From Eledone cirrhosa (Eukaryota): a stretch of DNA of 64,000 nucleotides. Made by a program: the position numbers and the translations under genes. The stretch lies in NCBI GenBank assembly GCA_964016885.1, contig OZ024740.1, forward strand, positions 332,258,001 through 332,322,000, written 5' to 3'. This document shows, in pieces, positions 42,738 to 55,234 of the stretch (position 1 is the stretch's first letter; each line of letters begins with the position of its first letter). The notes beneath the pieces were generated by a model. The model had not been told where the DNA came from. It saw nothing but the letters and a program-made list of their open reading frames with translations, and ran no database searches.

Positions 42738-44330
42738 TATGTTTCTTTTATTTGCCACAAGGGCATCAAAAGTGGGACAAGTACAATGGGGGGAGTTTAC
42801 AAAACAAGGCGTCCTCAATAGAGAGGAGGCAATAACAATATATAAAAATAAAATAAAATATAACAAAAAATAGAATTATAACAAAATCCTCAATAGAGGA
42901 TTTTGTTATAAAATATAACAAAAAATAAAATTTATAACAAAAAATAAAATTTATAACAAAATCCTCAATAGAGAGGAGGCGCCTTGGGGGGTCGCACACA
43001 CCCCCGAAAAAAGTGTGCAACCCTTTTCCTCAGGAGCACAGAGAGGGGGTGCTCCCTCGTTCCTTCCTCTTTTCCACCTACAGGCTCATGTAAAGAGAAG
43101 GCCCATTCACACGGGCCATTCTCGCCACTTTCACCCACCTTTCATAAAAACGACTGGGGTGCAGCACCTCTCTCTCCATCCTGATCCTTCTTCCGAAATG
43201 ATATCGGAAGAAACGGACCAGTTGTTGGCCAGAGAGAAAGGTGCCTGACCTCAGTCCTTTCAGACGCGTCCACCATACAACCTCTTTCGCCATGGCTATT
43301 ACGCACAGAAACACCGCCTCTGCTTCATCTTTGAAGGGGGGAGGCGGCTTGATCATTACAATAGACTCGGTGGTCAACCGGATCGGTCCCACCCTTGACA
43401 GCAGTTGTTCGACATAGCCCCACAGATCGGCTACGCCCGAGCAGTGTACCAATGCGTGTGCAACGGTTTCCTCGTCGCACACGCATCTGGGACAGATCTT
43501 TTTGGCGGGGTCCCTACCCGGGCGCCCGTGTCTGTAGAGCCTTTCTCGAACGGGTAAGGCTCCTCGGTAGCACTGCCAGGCCAGGGACTTCTGGAAGTTG
43601 TCCATAGGTCCCGGGCTGAATGTCCTACCGAACAGGCTGGCCAGTGCGTCCTCCTCAATGTCTAGGGCTTCTCCGAGGGCGTCGTCGCACCTGCTGCGTA
43701 CCAGCCCTCTATAGAATGTTGCGGTGGAGTCTCCACTGATAACCGGATCCGCCTGCCAGAGGGCGGTGAGCGCCTGGGCAGACTCAGTGTGCCAGGCGCC
43801 CAGTTTTCTCGGTCTTTGCTTGACCCAGGATTGCAGCTCGGTGAGTGAGACGAGTCTGGGAAAGGTTCGTCTCACAAACGAGGCCCACACCGGTTGTCCA
43901 GTGAGGAATACGTAGAGGTGCCGTAGCCTTAATGCGTGTTTACGCATCATTAGCCACGGCATCCCCAGCCCTCCTTTCGAAGGGTGTTGACAGCAGATGG
44001 ATCTCCTCACCATAGGAGCCCGCCTCTTCCAAAGGAATTGGAAGAGCGCGCGCTCCATTTTGGTGAGGGTTTCCCTTGGGCAGGGCACTACGGTCAGGCG
44101 GTAGTAGATGACGGACGCTATGTAGGTGTTCGCCACCTCCGCCCGACCTTTCAGGGATAGTTTGCAACTGGCCCACTTCTGGGTCAGTGCAAACACCCTG
44201 TTTGTAACCTCCGCCCAGTTTTTCTCCACCTGGAGGTCCGGTCCGAACCAGACCCCGAGCAACTTCACCGGGCCCTCCGTCCAGCGTCCGACGACGCCAT
44301 CGGAGGGCATCGGTCTGCCCCTCCACGTAA
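42738..44330 (-). mobile_element. 5'-truncated Tx1 copy of a different subfamily
   Basis: ORF2 C-terminal ORF plus 3' UTR ending ttgtggcaaataaaagaaac then (TATC)n. (GATA)n also at 44575-44616. Confidence 0.9.
43078..44310 (-). CDS. Tx1 ORF2 C-terminal 410 aa (thumb region to zinc finger), uninterrupted but truncated
   Basis: KLLGVWF, LSLKGRAEVAN, GGLGMP, CPRCVCDEETVAHALVHC; clearly homologous to 10360-11585. Confidence 0.88.
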   Translation of the reverse strand: MPSDGVVGRWTEGPVKLLGVWFGPDLQVEKNWAEVTNRVFALTQKWASCKLSLKGRAEVANTYIASVIYYRLTVVPCPRETLTKMERALFQFLWKRRAPMVRRSICCQHPSKGGLGMPWLMMRKHALRLRHLYVFLTGQPVWASFVRRTFPRLVSLTELQSWVKQRPRKLGAWHTESAQALTALWQADPVISGDSTATFYRGLVRSRCDDALGEALDIEEDALASLFGRTFSPGPMDNFQKSLAWQCYRGALPVRERLYRHGRPGRDPAKKICPRCVCDEETVAHALVHCSGVADLWGYVEQLLSRVGPIRLTTESIVMIKPPPPFKDEAEAVFLCVIAMAKEVVWWTRLKGLRSGTFLSGQQLVRFFRYHFGRRIRMEREVLHPSRFYERWVKVARMARVNGPSLYMSL

Positions 44331-44574
44331 AGTTTTATAGGTGTCCTGTGGGGCCTTAATCATTTTGAGGTGGGGGAAATCCCCTGCCTGGGTGAAGTTA
44401 GGCCCTTGTGTTTTTATTAGATTGTTGTTGTACACAATGTTTAACAGTTTTTTGTTTCTTGTGTTTATGTATGTGTATGCATGTTTTTGTTTTTGTGTGG
44501 TGTTTTTTGTTTGCTGTTGTTGTGAGCTCTTTTGTGTTGGTGTCAGTGTTATGTTTTGGGGAGGGTTTTTTTTC

Positions 44575-44617
<43 letters not shown>

Positions 44618-44908
44618 TATAAATAAACAGAACAAATTCATTGTATTTGTTAGATAACGATTACAGAAATAAGGGAGGACAATTTAAGTAATGATTTAAA
44701 TTAATTTAAAATGAAATACGGTGATGGCAGGAGGCATGAGAGAGTGAAATTGAAAGAAAATCGAAGATACTCGGGTAAAATAACCCAGTGATGGGAAATT
44801 ATGGCCGCTACAAATATTGGAACTCAATATCTTTCGCATGGTATATTCTGCATTTGTGATTCCTACATTTTCAAATTGAAAACCACACTCACAGACACAC
44901 ACATGCAG

Positions 44909-44941
<33 letters not shown>

Positions 44942-45037
44942 TGTATGTATGTATGTATGTATGTATGTATGTATGTATGTATGTATGCATGTATGTATGT
45001 ATGTATGTATACATATATATATACATATATATGTATA

Positions 45038-45123
<86 letters not shown>

Positions 45124-45160
45124 TATGTATACATGCCGTCGGGGTCAAACATTTTCCAAT

Positions 45161-45212
<52 letters not shown>

Positions 45213-45224
45213 GTCAAACATTTT

Positions 45225-45268
<44 letters not shown>

Positions 45269-45533
45269 AATATATATGTAAGCAAAAGGAATATTCAATT
45301 TGTTGGTAATTCAACAAATATAAATGTTTATAACTGATTCAGAGCACTCGAGAGTGTTCTATCCAGTAAAATACTTGAACCGTTAAGGTATTTTTCTTGG
45401 TTATGTCAATATTTATAAAACAAACTTTGTATTTTATCTGATGAGAACGTACCAAAGTTTTGGTACCCTTGAAATAAATATAATAGAATAAATATAGTTC
45501 TATAAATATAGTTTCCATTTATTTAATATCATA

Positions 45534-45582
<49 letters not shown>

Positions 45583-45586
<4 letters not shown>

Positions 45587-45724
45587 TGACCCCGACGGCA
45601 GAGCTCAAGCGGCTTGAGCTCCGTCGTCGAGGACAAACATTTTCCTATTACCCACTCTACTACGCTATGTATCGAGTACTCTGCTGCGTTATGGTCCATT
45701 TGGTTCCTTACCACACCTCTTTCG

Positions 45725-45815
<91 letters not shown>

Positions 45816-45847
45816 TATATGTGTATATATATATATATATATGTGTA

Positions 45848-45881
<34 letters not shown>

Positions 45882-45922
45882 CATATATAACGAAGGAGGT
45901 GTGGTAAGGAACCAAATGGACC

Positions 45923-45925
<3 letters not shown>
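45583..45925. repeat. Short (TA)n-embedded repeat family, copy 3, with fold-back and inverted tail
   Basis: 28-bp fold-back at 45583-45639, body to 45727, (TA)n, then inverted terminus at 45888-45925. Stubs at about 45133-45157 and 45209-45228. Confidence 0.85.
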
Positions 45926-45960
<35 letters not shown>

Positions 45961-45964
<4 letters not shown>

Positions 45965-46670
45965 TTAATATAGATGAGATTCTACAGGACTAGAACTGTT
46001 TCATTCATTAGAAATCATCAGGAATCTGGGTATCAAAAAATAAATATGGTATTTATAGGTCTCTACAAGTGGTAGGAGAGGGTGGGGAGTGGGATGGGTG
46101 AAGGTCATTGGTTGATAGAAAAGGGAATTCATTAAAAGCTGATTCTACAAAGCTATAGTTTATTTTTATTTTTATTTTTATTTATTTATGTTTTTAGAGT
46201 AACAAGGGCAGACAGAATTCTATAAACAGGCTCCGGGTGGCATAACATTCCTTGTCAATAAGTTTCTCTTAAGCTAACAGATGTCTATAAAATCAGTGGG
46301 GGGTCAGTCATGGTCGATAGAATTAAAGAAAAGGGAGATTCTTTAAAAGCTAAAGTCATTAAGGTTCTACTAAGTGACAAAGGTCTCGAGAATTCTGCAG
46401 ACAGATTCAAAATACTGAGTGCATATCTTACTATTATCTTCGAACTTCTCTTAAACTAATCAACTATATGCCAAAAATCAACAGACACATTCACAAAAAA
46501 ACAAAAAAACACATACTCACTCACACACTTACGCGCAACCATAAACGCACACACAAACACATATACACACATAAAAACACACACACATATATTATAAAAA
46601 AATATATAAATATATATTCATGTACACACACATACATACAGACATACATACATACATACATACATATATA

Positions 46671-46741
<71 letters not shown>

Positions 46742-47002
46742 TATACACATACATACACACACACATATACATATATATATATATATATTTACAGATACAC
46801 ACACACACATACACATACATACACACACACACACATATATATATATACATATATATATATATACACACATATATATATATATATATATACACATACATAC
46901 ATATATATATATATATATACACACATACACACATACATACATACACATACATATATACACACACATACGTATACATATGTATATATATATATATATATAC
47001 AC

Positions 47003-47047
<45 letters not shown>

Positions 47048-47086
47048 TACACATACATACATACACACACACATGCACACACACAC

Positions 47087-47121
<35 letters not shown>

Positions 47122-47132
47122 AAAAAACCCAT

Positions 47133-47190
<58 letters not shown>

Positions 47191-47326
47191 ATATATATAC
47201 ACACACATACACACACATACACATACATACACAAATATAAGGAAAGAGCACCATACATACATATATATATATATATATATACATATATATACACACACAC
47301 ATATATATATACACACATACACATAC

Positions 47327-47362
<36 letters not shown>

Positions 47363-47497
47363 GTATACATATATACACACATATATACACACACCCACAC
47401 ATATACATATATACATATACACACACACACATAATATGTGTATATGTATATTTGTATATGTGTGGGTGTGTGTATATATGTGTGTATATATGTATAC

Positions 47498-47531
<34 letters not shown>

Positions 47532-47588
47532 ATATATATATATGTGTGTATATGTGTGTGTGTGTGTGTATGTGTGTATATATATATA

Positions 47589-47636
<48 letters not shown>

Positions 47637-47697
47637 GTGCTCTTTCCTTATATTTGTGTATGTATGTGTATGTGTGTGTATGTGTGTGTATATATAT

Positions 47698-47771
<74 letters not shown>

Positions 47772-47836
47772 ATGTATGTATGTGTGTGTGTGTGTTTGTA
47801 TGTGTATATATTTGTTTTTGTGTGTGTATATATATA

Positions 47837-47871
<35 letters not shown>

Positions 47872-47978
47872 ATGTGTATGTATGTATGTATGTGGTTATA
47901 TATATGAATGTATATATATATATGTATTTGTGTATATATATATGTGTGTGTATGTTTGTGTGTATGTGTGTGTATATG

Positions 47979-48010
<32 letters not shown>

Positions 48011-48040
48011 CATGTGTGTGTGTGTATGTATGTATGTGTA

Positions 48041-48079
<39 letters not shown>

Positions 48080-48208
48080 GTGTATATATATATATATATA
48101 CATATGTATACGTATGTGTGTGTATATATGTATGTGTATGTATGTATGTGTGTATGTGTGTATATATATATATATATATGTATGTATGTGTATATATATA
48201 TATATATG

Positions 48209-48250
<42 letters not shown>

Positions 48251-48448
48251 TATATTTGTGTATGTATATATGTCTATGTGTATTTGTGTGTATATACATG
48301 TATATTCGTGTTTGTATGTATGCGTGTGAGTGTATTTATTTGTGTATATATATTTGTGTGTGTGTGTGTATGTATGTGTATGTGTGTGTGTGTATCTGTA
48401 TATATATATATATATATATGTATATGTGTGTGTGTATATATGTGTATA

Positions 48449-48519
<71 letters not shown>

Positions 48520-49225
48520 TATATATGTATGTATGTATGTATGTCTGTATGTATGTGTGTGTACATGAATATATATTTATATATTTTTTTATATATATGT
48601 GTGTGTGTTTTTATGTGTGTATATGTGTTTGTGTGTGCGTTTATGGTTGCGCGTAAGTGTGTGAGTGAGTATGTGTTTTTTTGTTTTTTTGTGAATGTGT
48701 CTGTTGATTTTTGGCATATAGTTGATTAGTTTAAGAGAAGTTCGAAGATAATAGTAAGATATGCACTCAGTATTTTGAATCTGTCTGCAGAATTCTCGAG
48801 ACCTTTGTCACTTAGTAGAACCTTAATGACTTTAGCTTTTAAAGAATCTCCCTTTTCTTTAATTCTATCGACCATGACTGACCCCCCCACTGATTTTATA
48901 GACATCTGTTAGCTTAAGAGAAACTTATTGACAAGGAATGGTATTCCATCCGGAACCTGTTTATAGAATTCTGTCTGCCCTTGTTACTCTAAAAACATAA
49001 ATAAATAAAAATAAAAATAAAAATAAACTATAGCTTTGTAGAATTAGCTTTTAATGAATTCCCTTTTCTATCAACCAATGACCTGCACCCATCCCACTCC
49101 CCACCCTCTCCTACCACTTGTAGAGACCTATAAATACCATATTTATTTTTTGATACCCAGATTCCTGATGATTTCTAATGAATGAAACAGTTCTAGTCCT
49201 GTAGAATCTCATCTATATTAAAACT
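45961..49225. repeat. About 3.3-kb palindrome (unique 0.6-kb outer arms plus complex TA/CA inner arms)
   Basis: 45961-46600 is the near-perfect reverse complement of 48590-49225. Internal landmarks are mirrored (ggaaagagcacc at about 47241, ggtgctctttcc at about 47636). Centre near 47430. Confidence 0.92.
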
Positions 49226-49521
49226 GTTATACTCTGCTATGTATTGAGTACCTTACTTACTGTGGTTACCTCCGATTCAACCCGGAATAACGTATATATA
49301 TATATATATACATATATATAAGTAACAGCCGTACTAAGAGTGAGAAATGAAATTTCGTTTCATTTTTTCCGTTTATCGTTTTCGGTACCCCGGCCGATTA
49401 ACTCACTCGATATTCAAATTAGGCTGCTCAGCTGTTAATATGCATAAGGAACGTATACATACTTATATTTAAGTAACAGCCGTACTAAGAGTGAGAAATG
49501 AAATTTCATTTCATTTTTTCC

Positions 49522-49556
<35 letters not shown>

Positions 49557-49763
49557 TAAGTATGTACACGTACATACATATATATATACCGACGTACAGT
49601 AGTATGTATATATATATGTACATACATGCACACATATATATATGCACGTATGGATTCACCGAACATTTATTATAATGCTCGGTGTGTTTGTAAACAAACA
49701 TCCCGTATTAAGCCGTAGTGTCTAGCAACCACCGTTGCTCGTTTGTTCAACACTGACAAAGGA

Positions 49764-49806
49764 ACGCTGTACTAGTTCCAAGCTTGTTAGCTATCGTTAG
49801 CAACGT
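49764..49806 (-). ncRNA. Hammerhead copy with mutated core (G5A, A13G)
   Basis: Minus: ACGUUG-CUAACGA-UAGCUAACAAGCUU-GGAA-CUAG-UA-CAGCGU. Confidence 0.8.
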
Positions 49807-50161
49807 ATACCTTCCTGCCAGATTGTTGAACGTATATACTTACCTTATGCATATTAACGGCTGAGTAGCCCAATTTGCATATCGAGTGGGTTAATCAGCC
49901 GGGTGCACCGAAAACGATAAACGGAAAAAATGAAACGATATTTCATTTCCCACTCTTAGTACGGCTGTTACTTAAATATAAGTATGTACACGTACATACA
50001 TATATGTATACCGACGTACAGTAGTATGTATATATATATATACATACATGCACACTTATATATATGCACGTATGTATTCACCGAACATTTATTATAATGC
50101 TCGGTCTGTTTGTAGACAAACATCCCGTATTAAGCCGTAGTGTCTAGCAACCACCGTTGCT

Positions 50162-50204
50162 CGTTTGCTGACGATAGCTAACAAGCTTGAAACTAGTACA
50201 GCGT
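50162..50204 (+). ncRNA. Type I hammerhead ribozyme, intact core, stem I altered by inversion junction
   Basis: CGUUUG-CUGACGA-UAGCUAACAAGCUU-GAAA-CUAG-UA^CAGCGU; predicted cut after A50198. Confidence 0.8.
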
Positions 50205-50583
50205 TCCTTTGTCAGTGTTGAACAAACGAGCAACGGTGGTTGCTAGACACTAGGGCTTAATACGGGATGTTTGTTTACAAACACACCGAGCATTATAATA
50301 AATGTTCGGTGAATCCATACGTGCATATATATATGTGTGCATGTATGTATATATATATATACATACTACTGTACGTTGGTATACATATATGTATGTACGT
50401 GTACATACTTATATTTAAGTAACAGCCGTACTAAGTGTGGGAAATGAAATATCGTTTCATTTTTTCCGTTTATCTTTTTTGGTGCACTCGGCCGATTAAC
50501 CCACTCGATATGCAAATTGGGCCACTCAGCCGTTAATATGCATAAGGTAAGTATATACGTTCAACAATCTGGCAGGAAGGTAT

Positions 50584-50626
50584 ACGTTGCTGACGATAGC
50601 TAACAAGCTTGAAACTAGTACAGCGT
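50584..50626 (+). ncRNA. Type I hammerhead ribozyme, intact core
   Basis: ACGUUG-CUGACGA-U-AGCU(AACA)AGCU-U-GAAA-CUAG-UA^CAGCGU. 6-bp stem I (one G-U), palindromic stem III ACUAGU, predicted cut after A50620. Confidence 0.88.
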
Positions 50627-50781
50627 TCCTTTGTCAGTGTTGAACAAACGAGCAACGGTGGTTGCTAGACACTACGGCTTAATACGGGATGTTTGTTTAC
50701 AAACACACCGAGCATTATAATAAATGTTCGGTGAATCCATACGTGCATATATATATGTGTGCATGTATGTATATATGTATA

Positions 50782-50845
50782 TCAAGGGCGGTGCCCCAGC
50801 ATGGCCTCAGCCGGATGGCTGAAACAGGTAAAAGAGGTAAAAGAG
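50782..50845 (+). mobile_element. Short SINE/LINE 3'-tail fragment inserted in the last array unit
   Basis: ggcggtgccccagcatggcc..gctgaaacaggtaaaagaggtaaaagag; absent from the other units. Confidence 0.6.
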
Positions 50846-50966
50846 TATACTACTGTACGTCGGTATGTACGTGTACATACTTATATTTAAATACGTGTAC
50901 ATACTTATATTTAAGTAACAGCGGTACTAAGAGTGGGAAATGAAATATCGTTTCATTTTTTCCGTT

Positions 50967-50997
<31 letters not shown>

Positions 50998-51086
50998 ACG
51001 TAAAAGATAAACAGAAATAACAATAACATCGGTACAGTATATGGAAGGTATATATTAGGTTAACGCTTGATATAGCAGGAAGAGGG

Positions 51087-51120
51087 TTTTGACGTTTCGG
51101 ACATTAGTACTTCATCAGAA
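51087..51120 (-). ncRNA. Minimal Penelope-type hammerhead motif (different family)
   Basis: Minus: UU-CUGAUGA-A-GUAC(UAAU)GUCC-GAAA-CG-UC-AAAA. Intact core, one stem II mismatch, weak stem I. Confidence 0.6.
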
Positions 51121-51522
51121 GAAAGAACGAGAAATAAAATAGATTAAGGGGACGGGCGGGATGGAATTGGAAAAAATGTATTTAGATAAAAATAATAGGT
51201 CCATCCATATATATATATTGTTATATTTCGGGAGGTTCATATTGATGTAATGATATTGCCAGAATTAATAACAGAACACACTCACTGTTTTGTTGGTTTT
51301 CGCTTGTGTATCTTTTATATCAGTTAATTTATTCGGTCCTCAATGTTTACCATTGACTGACCAACGGTCAAAACTACAGATATAATATAGACACAAACAC
51401 ATATATATAGTCTGTGAGTCTGTTCTGTTATTAATTCTGGCAATATTATTATAACAAGTCCCCAAGTATAACAATCTTTGTTTCGACACACGATTTCATA
51501 TCAAAAACCTCGCAAAAAAAAT

Positions 51523-51630
<108 letters not shown>

Positions 51631-52417
51631 CACGTGGAATAGATAATAGTTTTAAATAACTAATTAACCCGCGTGTGTTAAATATTTTACTCTTAATTTG
51701 GCCAGAGATTTACATTCCCAATTGCTTTTAAAGCGTAACCTTCGGTATTTTCTGCGGTGATGTGATGTGGTTTGTTATGTTTGGTATCACCTCTGTTTTT
51801 AGCCTACGAAAATATCTATATTAGTGTGTAATTAATACACGCATACATTTATTTTTTTAATTTCAATTGAGTTCTTAACACGTTGGATTGATAATGTTTT
51901 TGAAAAAACTAATTAACCCGAGTGTATATTTTTTTTCTTTTCTCGTGTCGTGGTTGTCTCCCCTTCCCGCTTCGTGACGCTATGAAACTTCCTCAGCTGA
52001 AAATCACTGCTGGATTTCAAATTTGGCGGTCATTCGATGCGTGAAGTGGCGGCTTAGCGGACACGATTTTTAACTGCGGTAAGAATTTTTCCTTACTTCA
52101 AAGTTTAATGGGCTTCCACTGAAGATTTATAAGTGCCCACCTAAATATATTCTTACATGAATATATGTGAGGCTTCTACATGAACTGGAAACATTCTCCC
52201 AACTTGTAGAAAACTTATAATGAAACAATTGTTTGGAAAGAGAGATATATTTTAACTTTAATTATATCTCATAAAATAATACAACTGGCTTTCCACAAAA
52301 TACATATAGTTAGCACCCCAAACACTTAAACTTGTTTATACTAACATATAACCTAATGTTTGTTGAGTGAGATGATTACCAGTCGGAGCTTAGCGTTAAG
52401 CTATCTCTGTTATTGTA

Positions 52418-52477
<60 letters not shown>

Positions 52478-53269
52478 TTGGCTGTACAATAAGGGCTTCA
52501 TTTAAAGTACTGACAATTGTTTCGTTGATCAGGTGTGTTTAGAGTTCGCTAATTCACTTGAAGTTGCGTCAATCGACCTCCAATGCATTGTTTACCACTG
52601 GTCAACACGCCAGAGTGCGTAGATATGAACATAATTCACTCGAGGCAAGATTTATATAGAAAAACAGCTTAAAACCAAAAACAATAACATAAATAATAAA
52701 ATAGCGTATAATGAAAACAATAACATCAATAATAAAACATGTATGGGAAATAGGTAGAGAAGGTACAGATGTAAAAAGTAAAAAGTAAAATATAAGATAG
52801 GGTACATTAAAAAATAATAAGAAAATGAGGAAATGGAAAATATAAAGAAATAAATGAGTGAGATAGTGAAAGTAGATGTTAGTTGTTTCTGAATAAGTTT
52901 TCTTATAAGGATTCGTTGGTGCTAAAATGAGAAACCAGATTTGAGCTGTAGATGAATACGTGAACAATTTCCGATAGAAGAAAAGACAATAAATTAGAGA
53001 TTAATTGATGTATACATGCATTATATTTATGGGCTAGGGATGACGGGACGTTTGATAGACGCTTGTTGTAAATGTTTTGCTGATTGTTCTATCTTAATGG
53101 GGTTGATGGAGAGGGGGTGAAAGAAGTGTACAGAGATTTATGGTCCAGTGACCAGTTGGCAGTTTGGTAGTTAATAGTGGTGCGATGGTGTGTATTCTAT
53201 ATGTTAAAATCTAGGTGGTTCTGTACTAATTTTGGGACTGCTGGTTCAAATCATGGTGGTTTGAGGTTG

Positions 53270-54240
53270 GTAAATCTAGTAGCTATTTTATGCCTACAGA
53301 AAATAGATCTTTCTATTTTACTGTTAAGCAGCATCCTATCATACCTTAAAATATGTGGCAGTTCTAAATTACAAAGCCCGCAGTGGGACATACCATTGCT
53401 GAAGGTTTTTGCTACCGATAATTACGACCAGCTAATCTTAGATTCTAGGTTTTTGTCCTTTATTGCCAGATTTTATTGGCGAGCGTTGTAGAGTTCTCCA
53501 ATGCACGGTTCTTCATGGAGTGTCTGTGGACGTACAACCTTTTCTTAAACTCCCCACCTGTGGAACCTATGTAGTGCCAGGTAGAGTTTCCTGAATTCAC
53601 AGTACACAGGTATATCTACTCGAATCCAGGCATCTATTCCGTAGTGGGCACTTATCTGGTAGGTGGAAATTACAATTTGAGGTTTTATTTTGTGAAGGTT
53701 CGTCGTTGCGGTTTTGTAAGTTGTTGTGGGTGGGTTGTGATTTAGACCTACTAATGTTTTGTTGTCATGCGGTCTGATGCGTTTGTGGTTGTGATGTTGT
53801 TATGTGTTTGTGTTTTGTATTTGGTGCTATGGTGCGCGTTGGTAGGTTAATTTCTTTAGAGATATTTTTGTGGTTGATCTTACGTATGTGCGATTCTATG
53901 TTGGTTGCAGTAGAGTATGAAAGTTTTATAGCTTTTCTATTGAAGATTCTATGGTATTTGTGTAGTGTAGGGAAGTGCTTATCTATTAGTTTAAATAATT
54001 TAGAAGGTAGTTTAGTTGTTATAGAGTAGTTGAATATTGGATTGAACCATATGTACTTTCTTTCTCTGGATCTTCTATAGTTTTGGGGTGTCCTAATATT
54101 AGTGTTCTGTTCGGTTATTTTTGGTGCTCGTTGTCTAATTCTATGCTTAGTCCTATGCTTGTTATTTCTGTATGAGCGGGTAGTATTGATGTCATTAGGT
54201 TTGTTGTTGTTGTCTCTATCTAGTATGTATTCCAGCTTCT
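53270..54240 (-). pseudogene. Penelope-like RT-linker + GIY-YIG endonuclease remnant (CNx..CPL..CL linker type)
   Basis: Minus: YIWFNPIFN..LIDKHFP..RIFNRKAIKLSYS; CNFHLPDKCPLRNRCL; YLCTV..HYIGSTGGEFKKR; CGLCNLE..LLNSKIE..CRHK. Frameshifted and not in the ORF track. Confidence 0.82.
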
Positions 54241-55195
54241 CCTTATGTCAAAATAATATTTGAAAACTAATCTTATTACCAATTTGACTGAAATATGAAT
54301 CTTAGTTATATAAAAAATAAAATATACTGCACTAGGCCCTATCATTTTGTTTATACGACTAGCCTTAATCTGGAAAGAAGTAAGAAATTATCGTTAAGAA
54401 AATATGAAGATGTCTGAAATAATTGTCTATTAAATTCAATACATAGGTTTAGCTACTTATACTAAACGTTCTTACGTTTCATCAAGAGAATTATTTCTTT
54501 ATTTGAAGATCCATATAAGTGTTCATATATTTGATATTATTCAGAAGACTCAGGCACGTTTCAGTGAAACAAGCTTATGAAACATATTCGTTTAAAATAA
54601 AAATTGAAATCTTCCCGTTTATATACATTTATAACCCTAAAATATTAGTTTTGATTTAAACGTATAACAAATAAAATGTACCTGTATCTTTACATGATAT
54701 TACCTATCCGTAGGTGTCTTAACTAACGAAACCGTTTCGCGAAAGGAATTTTCTGTCTAAAACATAATTGAATATTGACTGTTATATTTAGCAATGAATG
54801 GAATAGATAGATTTTAAAAACTTAAATGTTCAATACATTTAATGAAAATGTATTTATAGACTACAATGAATAGTAATATCTCTGTCAGAAAAATGTTCTT
54901 ACGTTTAACCATACTTATCAATTCAATTTTGGATGTTGTATTTCATCTATTAATATCTGAAAAAAAGATACGTTCTTCAAAGAACCCAAATTATAGGCAC
55001 CTTACACGTTTTCCTTTATAGCTAATTGAAACTTCTTAAGTTGTAAAGAAAAGAACAATTTCTACAGTATTATGAATTATTTTTTTTTATGGAAAAGTAT
55101 AAGAAAATTGAATATCGGAATGTATGTATGTATATGTATATGATTAAATATATATATATATATATATTTTATCATATATAATTTATTATTATTAC

Positions 55196-55234
<39 letters not shown>

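Larger units (their letters stand above)
49320..50968. mobile_element. Retrozyme-like array: 422-bp non-coding unit with type I hammerhead, tandem and inverted copies
   Basis: Period 422 (taaatataag at 49551/49973; ctgacgatagc at 50168/50590). Plus partials 49320-49526, minus block 49551-50167, plus block 50165-50968. Confidence 0.85.

Noticed and set aside
49551-50968. Array as CRISPR or TIR DNA transposon
   Set aside because: No unique spacers, TSD or transposase; the inversion is internal to a tandem unit.
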